NCBI GenBank assembly: GCA_044376115.1
Contig: JBILLK010000011.1
Coordinates: forward strand, 192,001-256,000
Length of the DNA: 64,000 nucleotides
Direction: 5' to 3'
DNA from: Polyangiaceae bacterium
GTDB lineage: Bacteria; Myxococcota_A; Polyangia; Polyangiales; Polyangiaceae
The translations under genes and the position numbers were made by a program. Positions 37,307 to 45,217 of this stretch are shown one piece after another. The stretch's first letter is position 1; each line of letters begins with the position of its first letter. Below the pieces are notes generated by a model, which searched no databases, had not been told where the DNA came from, and was given only the letters and a program-made list of their open reading frames with translations.

Positions 37307-39409
37307 GTGAGATTCCGCCCGCTCCCGATGCTATCCACCCGGCGGCTCGCCGCCCTGCTCGCACTCTCTTCGGCTGTTCTACCCACAAGCGCGTGGGCGC
37401 AGGGGGACGTTCCGAAGGGAGGTCCGCCCAAGAGCGAGGAAAAGCCTAAGGACAAGCCCGTTGAGGCGAAGCCAGCGGAGTCCGAGGCTCCCAAAGAGGC
37501 CCCTCTTCTTCCCGCTGGTACTCCCACGACGGAGCCCGCCAAGCCTGAACCCAAGCCCGAGGCTCCGCAAAACCCACCTGTGGTCAAGCCTGCGGCAGCG
37601 GTGGCGTCGGAAGCAGGTGCTGCCACAACCGCGAAGCCGAAGCCGGTCGATGAGCCTAAGGCGGTAGCGCGCGGTGACGGCAGTGAGAGCGATACCAACG
37701 TGTTCGCCGAAGATTGGTGGACCGCGGCTCGGCCAGTGTTCGAAGTGCACGGCTACATGCGAGTGCGCTCCGAGTTTTTCAGTCACTTCGCGCTCGGTCG
37801 TAAAGACGTCGCTGCCAACGCGCTTTGGCCGCAACCGGCAGACAACGACTACGTGGATAGCTCGGGCGTGCGCAACCGCGTGATCCTTTGCGGTGATGAC
37901 CCTCAGAACCCCGAGCCGTGCGAGAACAACGTGCAGGCCGGCGCAAACATGCGTTTCCGCATCGCTCCTGAGCTTCACATCTCCGACAACATTCGCGTGA
38001 TGGCGCAGCTCGACCTGCTCGACAACATCGTGCTTGGCTCCACTCCCGAGGGCTACGTCAATCAGCCCGGCGAGGCCGGTGGCTACGAGGCACGCCAACG
38101 CGGTGGCTATACGCCGATCGGCGCGTTCTCAACGACGCAGTGGGCCCCTTCGGCTGGGCAAAACTCGCTGACCGATTCGATCGTGGTGAAGCGAGTCTGG
38201 GGTGAGTACATGACGCCCTTCGGTCAGTTGCGCTTCGGCCGCATGCCGAGCCACTGGGGCCTTGGCATGTTGGCGAACTCCGGCGACGGCTTCGATAGCG
38301 ACTTCGGTTCAACGTCCGATCGCTTGATGTTCGCCACCGGCATTCCCGATTGGGATCTTTTCTTCGCCGGTATTTGGGACTTCGCCAATGAGGGCGCGAC
38401 GAGCGCGCTCATCTCCGAACGTCAGGGCCAGCCGTACGATCTAACGCAGAGTGATGACGTTGGTCAGTGGGGTTTTGTGATCGCGCGCCGCCGCAAGGCA
38501 GAGCTCCAGAAGTTGGACCTGGCCAAAGGGCTGCCCGTGTTCAACGGCGGTATCTACGGCGTGTACCGCCAACAGTCGCTCGACGGCGAGGCCTCGCTCG
38601 GCGCGACTCCGAGCCAAGTAGCGAGCGGCCTCAATCGTCGCCAAGCCGAAGCCTTCATCCCCGACGCGTGGTTCCAGTTTCTGTTCAACAAGTTCCGCTT
38701 CGAGGCGGAGGCTGCACTCGTTTGGGGCGGAATCGAGAACACCGACATCCGTGGCGGCAACAACTACGACAACCCCAACGTTGCGGGGGACGAAGAAGAC
38801 GGCTGGGCGATCCAGCAGTTCGGCTTCACCGCACAGGCCGAGTTCCGCGCCTTCGAGGACAAGCTCCGCGTGATGCTCGGCGGTGGGTTTGCATCCGGTG
38901 ACAGCGACGTCGAGGGGCTCGCTCCTCCGGCGGAGGGTTTCGACGTGCAGCTCACGCAGGATCGGACCTTTTCGACCTTCCGTTTTCATCCGGACTATCG
39001 CGTCGATCTCATCTTGTTCCGCAACATCCTGCAGCGAATTCAGGGGGCCTACTATCTGCGCCCGAGCGTCGAATACGACTTCACGCGTGACCTCGACGGT
39101 CAACGTATCGGCGGTGGCGCCACACTCATCTGGAGCCGCGCTTCGGAGCCGGTGCAAACGCCGGGCAACTCTGCTGACCTCGGTCTCGAGATCAACCTCA
39201 AGGTCTACTACCAAGCCAAAGACGGCGCTCTCAACGATGACCTGGAGAAGCCCGGCGGGTTCTACACCCAGCTTGAATACGGCGTGATGTTTCCGCTCGG
39301 TGGTCTCGGCTACCTGCCCGGCGAAGAGCAAGACTTCGAAGACGCCGGTAACCCCATCGATCTGAGCACCGCCCAAACTCTCCGGTGGTACCTCGGCATC
39401 TTGTATTGA
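37307..39409 (+). CDS. TIGR04551-like outer-membrane beta-barrel protein (copy 1)
   Basis: HGYMRVR, ANMRFR, GRMPSHWGLG, FRFHPDYRVDLILFR, C-terminal YLGILY; family recalled from motifs. Confidence 0.8.
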   Translation: MRFRPLPMLSTRRLAALLALSSAVLPTSAWAQGDVPKGGPPKSEEKPKDKPVEAKPAESEAPKEAPLLPAGTPTTEPAKPEPKPEAPQNPPVVKPAAAVASEAGAATTAKPKPVDEPKAVARGDGSESDTNVFAEDWWTAARPVFEVHGYMRVRSEFFSHFALGRKDVAANALWPQPADNDYVDSSGVRNRVILCGDDPQNPEPCENNVQAGANMRFRIAPELHISDNIRVMAQLDLLDNIVLGSTPEGYVNQPGEAGGYEARQRGGYTPIGAFSTTQWAPSAGQNSLTDSIVVKRVWGEYMTPFGQLRFGRMPSHWGLGMLANSGDGFDSDFGSTSDRLMFATGIPDWDLFFAGIWDFANEGATSALISERQGQPYDLTQSDDVGQWGFVIARRRKAELQKLDLAKGLPVFNGGIYGVYRQQSLDGEASLGATPSQVASGLNRRQAEAFIPDAWFQFLFNKFRFEAEAALVWGGIENTDIRGGNNYDNPNVAGDEEDGWAIQQFGFTAQAEFRAFEDKLRVMLGGGFASGDSDVEGLAPPAEGFDVQLTQDRTFSTFRFHPDYRVDLILFRNILQRIQGAYYLRPSVEYDFTRDLDGQRIGGGATLIWSRASEPVQTPGNSADLGLEINLKVYYQAKDGALNDDLEKPGGFYTQLEYGVMFPLGGLGYLPGEEQDFEDAGNPIDLSTAQTLRWYLGILY

Positions 39410-39423
39410 GCGAGGAACAGGCC

Positions 39424-41445
39424 GTGAGTTCTCGCCATCGTTTCTCGCTCTGGCTCGACGAGCGTGCGCATCCGCGACGCGGCGTTCGCTCGTGCGTGCT
39501 CGCGCTCGTTTGCGCGGCAGCGCCGGCGTTCACCGCCTTTGCGCAACAAGGGGATGACCCGAAGCCAGCGGCTCCGACCGTCGAGGAAGCCCCCAAAGGG
39601 GACGGCGCTCCCAGCACCGCTTACGATCAGGTTTTCGCCGAAGACTGGTTCGCAAAGTCCCGCCCTACCTTCGAGATCCACGGCTATATGCGCGTCCGCA
39701 GCGAGCTGATGGTCGACTTTGGGTTGGGCCGATCGGACGCTCCGAGTCAGGCGCTCTGGCCGCGTCCCGCGAGCCAGGATTACGACTTCGTTGGCGGCGG
39801 CGGCGCGCGCAACACCGTCGTGCAATGTGGCGATGATCCGTTGAACCCTGAGGCGTGCTCGGCCTCGACCCAAGGCGGCGCCAATCTCCGTTTACGCGTG
39901 CGCCCCGTGCTCACGATCAGCGACAACATTCGCGCCTTCGCCGAGGTTGACCTGTTCGACAACCTGGTGCTCGGTTCGACCTCGGAAGGGTACGTCAATC
40001 AAGACGGGAGTGATGGTGGCTACGCCGTGCGCCAACGGGGTGGCTACACACCGATCGGCGCCTTCGCGACCACCCAATGGTCACCAACGGCTGGGATCAA
40101 CTCGCTGTCGGACTCGATCGTCGTGAAGCGAGCTTGGGGCGAGTACATCTCTCCACTCGGCACCTTCCGCTTCGGTCGCATGCCCAACCATTGGGGCTTG
40201 GGCATGGTCTACAACGGCGGGGACGGCTTCGATCAGGATTGGGGCTCGACGGTCGATCGCATCAGCTTCACCACCGGTATTCCGTCGGCTGAGATCTACT
40301 TCACCGGCATGTGGGACTTCGCCGATGAAGGTGCCGTAGGCGGCCCGTTTTATGGCTGTCGTCGAAAGATCAGTACAACTGAAGCGCCTGATGCTCCAGA
40401 GTGCGATGCGCAGTCGCTCAACGCCGCTCGCTACGATCTCGGCGCAAAGCAGTACGACCTCGTGCAAAGCGACGACGTCGACCAATGGGGCATTGCTGTC
40501 GTGCGTAAGCGCGCGCCGGAGCGAGCTCGACTCGACTTGGCGCGAGGTGACGTGGTCTTCGACTTCGGCGGTTATGGCGTCTATCGCAATCAGACGCTGG
40601 CCTCCGCGGCAAAGATTGGCGCCAACCCACGTGAAGTCGCCGAGACGTTCGTGCGGCGCGGCTACGAGACGTTCACCCCGGATCTGTGGGGCGACTTCCG
40701 CTGGGATCGTTTGCGGATCGGTATGGAGGCCGCGCTGGTGTGGGGCTCGATCGAAAACACCGACACGAACGGCGGCTCCAACTTCGACAATCCGAATGCC
40801 TCCGGCTCGGATGAAGACGGCTTTGCGTTGCGGCAGTTCGGCTTCGCGCTCGAGGCCTCCTACCGCGCGATCGAGGATCGACTGCGGCTCGGCTTCGACT
40901 TTGGCTACGCCACCGGTGATGACGACGTCGAGGGCATCAACGGCTTTGGGCCGGGCAGCCTTTCAGCAGAGAACGCACCGCTCGGTGGGCTCGACGCTCA
41001 GCTCACGCAGAACCGCACCTACAGCTCGTTCCGCTTTCACCCGGACTACCAGATCGACCAAATCTTGTGGCGCCGCATCATGACGCGCGTGCAGTCGGCC
41101 TACTACCTGAAGCCTTCGGTCGAGTACGACTTCCTGCGGCAGGCCGATGGTCAACGCGCCGGCGGTGGCTTCAGTGCGGTGTGGAGTCGCGCGTCGGAGG
41201 CGGTGCAGACGCCAGGCAATGCGTCGGATCTCGGCGTAGAAATCGGCGCCAAGGTCTTCTATCAGGGGCCGGCCGGGACCTTCGATGTTGAAGGTCAGCC
41301 CAAGGCTGGCTTCTTCGGTCAACTCGACTACGCGGTGCTCGTCCCGTTGCAAGGGCTCGACTACCTGCCGGGGGAGTCGCTCCCGGCCGATGTTGGTCTA
41401 ACGCCTGCGCACTTGCTTCGACTCTACCTCGGCGTCCTCTACTAA
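39424..41445 (+). CDS. TIGR04551-like outer-membrane beta-barrel protein (copy 2)
   Basis: Colinear paralog of copy 1: HGYMRVRSE, RQRGGYTPIGAF, GRMPNHWGLG, FRFHPDYQID, YLGVLY. Confidence 0.8.
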   Translation: MSSRHRFSLWLDERAHPRRGVRSCVLALVCAAAPAFTAFAQQGDDPKPAAPTVEEAPKGDGAPSTAYDQVFAEDWFAKSRPTFEIHGYMRVRSELMVDFGLGRSDAPSQALWPRPASQDYDFVGGGGARNTVVQCGDDPLNPEACSASTQGGANLRLRVRPVLTISDNIRAFAEVDLFDNLVLGSTSEGYVNQDGSDGGYAVRQRGGYTPIGAFATTQWSPTAGINSLSDSIVVKRAWGEYISPLGTFRFGRMPNHWGLGMVYNGGDGFDQDWGSTVDRISFTTGIPSAEIYFTGMWDFADEGAVGGPFYGCRRKISTTEAPDAPECDAQSLNAARYDLGAKQYDLVQSDDVDQWGIAVVRKRAPERARLDLARGDVVFDFGGYGVYRNQTLASAAKIGANPREVAETFVRRGYETFTPDLWGDFRWDRLRIGMEAALVWGSIENTDTNGGSNFDNPNASGSDEDGFALRQFGFALEASYRAIEDRLRLGFDFGYATGDDDVEGINGFGPGSLSAENAPLGGLDAQLTQNRTYSSFRFHPDYQIDQILWRRIMTRVQSAYYLKPSVEYDFLRQADGQRAGGGFSAVWSRASEAVQTPGNASDLGVEIGAKVFYQGPAGTFDVEGQPKAGFFGQLDYAVLVPLQGLDYLPGESLPADVGLTPAHLLRLYLGVLY

Positions 41446-41459
41446 AGAACCGGTGCAGC

Positions 41460-43991
41460 ATGCTGCGTTCGCCTCGATTCTCCGCGCCTTTCCTTAGCGT
41501 TGTCGGTCTGGGGTGCTTGGTGGCGTGCGAGTCGCGACAGACTCCCCCGCTGTCGCGAGAGCCAGTCGAACTCGTGAGCGGGGCTTCGTCGGTCGTCGTG
41601 GACGAAGCAAGCGGTTCGATCGAACTCAGGTACGACGGCCAGGTGGTTTCAACGCTCGACCTCGACGCCCTGGCCCTCGGCACGGTGGAGAAGGTGGATG
41701 ACGCCACCAACTACGATCCGTGGGGTTTGGTTGCAGCGCTGCCTACCTACGCACCGCCGCTGGGCTTTGCGATGCGCGGCGTCGAATCCTTCACCGTGGT
41801 GAAGCAAACGAAGGGCGCGTTGACGCTCGATCTCGTTCACGAGGGCGGGCTGCACAGCCAGCTCAGCATCGAGGTCGAACGCGCAGACGCCTTTCGCTTG
41901 CACCTCGATGCCCTCGACAGCGGCAGCGTCGCTTGGTTGAGCTACGGCTTCGCTGTCCCCGATTCGGAGGCCTTCTACGGATTGGGCGAGATCTTCGATC
42001 ACGTCAATCTGCGCGGTAGCAAACGCGCCATGCAGCTCGAGCTCGACGAACTCGAGAGCGCCAACAACGAGGCCCACGTGCCCGTCCCGTTCTTCATCGG
42101 CACTCGCGGCTGGGGGTTCTTCGTCGAGAGTTCACACCCGGGAGCGTTCGATATGGCGGCGACCAACGCTCAGCGTGTCTCCGGTACGTTCGGGCTCGGC
42201 ACCGCGGCTGAGCAAGGCCTCGTGGCCCATTGGTACGCCGCCAAGGAGCCCGCGCTGGTGACCCGCAGCTACTATGAAACCACCGGCTTCCCAGCGCTTC
42301 CGGCGCCGTGGGCGCTCGGCCCGCTGGTGTGGCGCGACGAGAACGAAAGCCAGGCGCAGGTGGAGGCCGATCTCGAGACGATGCGCGATCTCGACCTTGC
42401 AACCACCGGCGTCTGGATCGATCGCCCGTACGCGACCGCGGTCAACACCTTCGATTTCGACGAGCAAAAATTCAGCGACGCGGACGCGATGATCCGCAAA
42501 GCGCGCAACCTTGGATTCGAAGTTGCGCTTTGGCACACGCCCTACCTCGACGAGGCGGATGACAACGCGAAGGAGCTCGTTGCGCAGGCTGAAGCAGGGG
42601 GCTTTTATCCGCCACAGGTAGGGGTTTTGCTCAACGGTTGGGGGCGTCCAATCGACTTTACCAAGCCCGAGGCGGTCGACTTTTGGCAGGGTCTTTTGTC
42701 GAACTACACCGAGGCCGGTATCGCTGGTTTCAAGCTCGATTACGGCGAGGACGTCGTCCCGTCGCTGATCAACGCTCGCAATGTCTACCAATTCAGCGAT
42801 GGCTCCGATGAGCGGACGATGCATCGCGGCTTCACGCTCGCCTACCACCAAACCTACGCCGAGATGCTTCCCAAGGAAGGCGGGCTTTTGCTCGCCCGCG
42901 CAGGCAAGTGGGGCGACCAGAAGCACGCACCGGTGATCTGGCCGGGAGATCTCGACGCTCGTTTCTGGCGCCACCGTGAAAAGGTCAGCGAGAACGGAGA
43001 GAGCTTCATCGCCGTAGGCGGGCTACCGGCCTCGGTGGTGGCGGGCCTTTCGCTCGGCCCTTCGGGCTTTCCCTTCTACGGCGCCGACACCGGTGGCTAC
43101 CGTCATTCACCTCCTGACGCCGAGCTGTTCCGTCGTTGGTTCGAGCAGACGGCGCTGTCCTCGGTCATGCAGATAGGCACGAGCACCAACAACGTCGCGT
43201 GGGAGTTCAACGACGAGGCTTTGCTCGATTCGTACCGCTTCTACACACGCTTGCATCTTCGATTGCACCCCTACCTTTGGTCGCTCGCTCAATCGATCGC
43301 GGTCACCGGCTTGCCGCTGCAGCTGCCCTTCGGCTTGGCGTTTCCCTCCTCGGGAGAGCACCCCGATGACGAGTATCTGCTCGGTCCCTCGCTGCTCGTT
43401 GCACCGATCGTCGAGCCCGCGGTGGACTCGCGGCGCATGCTCTTTCCCGAGGGCGTTTGGCTCGACTTCTGGAGCGGCGCTGTCGCCGAGGGCCCAAGCG
43501 AGTTCGAGATCTTTGCGCCGCTCGGAAGAATCCCTTTGTTCGTGAAGGCCGGTGCGCCCATCCCGATGCTGCGCCCAACGATCGATACGTTGAGCCCAAC
43601 CAACGACCCTTCGCGTGTGGATTCGCTGGCGAGCGACGCAGGTCCACTGTGGGTGCTCGTGAGTGAAGGCCCGCCTGGCTCCTTCGAGCTTTACGACGGC
43701 AGCGCGGTCAGCCAGTCGAGCAGCGGCGGCACCGTGAAGCTCGAGTTCCAGCCAGGAACACGTTGGAACCAGGGCGCTGTATTCGAGCTCTTTGGCTTTG
43801 GTGAATTGGCGCCGGCGAGCGTGAGAGTCGACGGCCTCTTGCTCGAAGCGGCTCCCTCGCTCGCCGAGTTCGAGCTTCGCGCGCAGGGCTTTTACTTCGA
43901 GCCCAACGCCAAGGGCGGCAGTCTGTGGATCAAGGTGGTCGGGACCAGTAGCTCGCGAAGCGTCGTCGTTTCGCCTGCCACTCCACGCTGA
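41460..43991 (+). CDS. Glycoside hydrolase family 31 lipoprotein
   Basis: LVAC lipobox; FYGLGE, GFKLDYGE nucleophile, WPGD acid/base, ADTGGY, YLLGPSLLVAP, IPLFVKAG. Confidence 0.92.
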   Translation: MLRSPRFSAPFLSVVGLGCLVACESRQTPPLSREPVELVSGASSVVVDEASGSIELRYDGQVVSTLDLDALALGTVEKVDDATNYDPWGLVAALPTYAPPLGFAMRGVESFTVVKQTKGALTLDLVHEGGLHSQLSIEVERADAFRLHLDALDSGSVAWLSYGFAVPDSEAFYGLGEIFDHVNLRGSKRAMQLELDELESANNEAHVPVPFFIGTRGWGFFVESSHPGAFDMAATNAQRVSGTFGLGTAAEQGLVAHWYAAKEPALVTRSYYETTGFPALPAPWALGPLVWRDENESQAQVEADLETMRDLDLATTGVWIDRPYATAVNTFDFDEQKFSDADAMIRKARNLGFEVALWHTPYLDEADDNAKELVAQAEAGGFYPPQVGVLLNGWGRPIDFTKPEAVDFWQGLLSNYTEAGIAGFKLDYGEDVVPSLINARNVYQFSDGSDERTMHRGFTLAYHQTYAEMLPKEGGLLLARAGKWGDQKHAPVIWPGDLDARFWRHREKVSENGESFIAVGGLPASVVAGLSLGPSGFPFYGADTGGYRHSPPDAELFRRWFEQTALSSVMQIGTSTNNVAWEFNDEALLDSYRFYTRLHLRLHPYLWSLAQSIAVTGLPLQLPFGLAFPSSGEHPDDEYLLGPSLLVAPIVEPAVDSRRMLFPEGVWLDFWSGAVAEGPSEFEIFAPLGRIPLFVKAGAPIPMLRPTIDTLSPTNDPSRVDSLASDAGPLWVLVSEGPPGSFELYDGSAVSQSSSGGTVKLEFQPGTRWNQGAVFELFGFGELAPASVRVDGLLLEAAPSLAEFELRAQGFYFEPNAKGGSLWIKVVGTSSSRSVVVSPATPR

Positions 43992-44234
43992 CCCGACCTT
44001 CGAAGCCAATCGCGCGTTCGCGTTGAATCTTCTGCCGCCGCGTTCGTTCAACGACTCGTGCTTCCGGGGCCTCGAGCCGTGTCTCGCACCCGTATGGCGG
44101 GCTCCCACCTAAATCTTGAATCGGAACGATCCGTACTTCCATCGCACGGCTACGACCTGGACAATCGACACGCTTTCTTTGTTAGTGCGGGTGGCCTTTC
44201 CCCCTCGCAGAACCTCTGGCGCCCGGAGAGATCG

Positions 44235-45101
44235 ATGCTGATCCCGCCCCCAACAACCTCGTGCAAAGCCGACCTCGCTGGCCGTCGCGGCAACGGTCTC
44301 GGTGCGAAGCTTTCGCGGCTTACACGGCGGGTCGTTTGGGCTTTGGCCGTCTGCTTCGCGCTGGTGAGTATGCCCTCGTTTGGGCAGGACGTGGCGCAGC
44401 TCCGCAAGGACGTACTCACGGCCTCGGACTTTCGCATCCGCATCACCTCAGCCCTGGCCCTCGGTAAAAAGAAAGACACCGGCAGCGTCTCGACGCTCGG
44501 TCAAGCCCTCAAGGATGACAACTCCGCCGTGCGAGCCGCGGCCGCTGCCGCGCTGGCGCTCATCGGCGACGTCAGTGCGCTGCCCGCGCTGCAACGCGCA
44601 AGGGACGCGGAGAAAGACGCGACCGTAAAGGCCCAGATCGAGAAGTCGATCAACACGCTGAAGCCGAAGACGAAGTACATCGTTTCGTTCGGTAAGATCG
44701 AGAACAAGTCGGGCAACCCCAAGGTGAGCTCGCTCTTCCTGGCCGCCGTCAAAGCGGAGGTCGGTCGTATTCCTGGTGTTGAGGTCGCGTCCTCCAACGC
44801 CGACGCCGAGCGGCTAGCCAAGGAGAAGAGCCTGCCGACGATCGGCTTGGACGGGCGCTTGGTCGCGCTCGGCAAGTCGAATTCTGGTGGGGATGTTTCC
44901 GTGAACGCCAAAGTCGAGTTCGTGATTCGCAAGGACCAGTCGCTCAAGGCCACCGTCAAGGGGGACGCCAAGGCCTTGCTCAACTCCAAGGCGGTCAAGG
45001 GTGAGACCGAGCTCGCCTCGCTGCAGGCGGATGCCGTAACGGCGGCCATTCAGAGCGCGCTCAAAGGCGCTCCCTCGGCGCTCGAGGCCGCAGTCAAGTA
45101 G
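44235..45101 (+). CDS. Exported HEAT-repeat protein
   Basis: DFRIRITSALALG, LKDDNSAVRAAAAAALALIGD; start uncertain. Confidence 0.8.
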   Translation: MLIPPPTTSCKADLAGRRGNGLGAKLSRLTRRVVWALAVCFALVSMPSFGQDVAQLRKDVLTASDFRIRITSALALGKKKDTGSVSTLGQALKDDNSAVRAAAAAALALIGDVSALPALQRARDAEKDATVKAQIEKSINTLKPKTKYIVSFGKIENKSGNPKVSSLFLAAVKAEVGRIPGVEVASSNADAERLAKEKSLPTIGLDGRLVALGKSNSGGDVSVNAKVEFVIRKDQSLKATVKGDAKALLNSKAVKGETELASLQADAVTAAIQSALKGAPSALEAAVK

Positions 45102-45217
45102 CGGTTCTCCGTCTCGAGCTTGAACCGTCTCTGGGTCGAGGGCGCTCCCATCGTCGACCGGCCCAGCGCTGGTTCACGATGAGATCGCCGCGGCGGCTGT
45201 GCTAAGAGTCGGCCGCT

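Noticed and set aside
43992..44234. Possible ncRNA in the GH31-HEAT intergenic region
   Set aside because: Only one modest inverted repeat (CGTTGAA/TTCAACG) and no recognisable RNA family; more simply a promoter region
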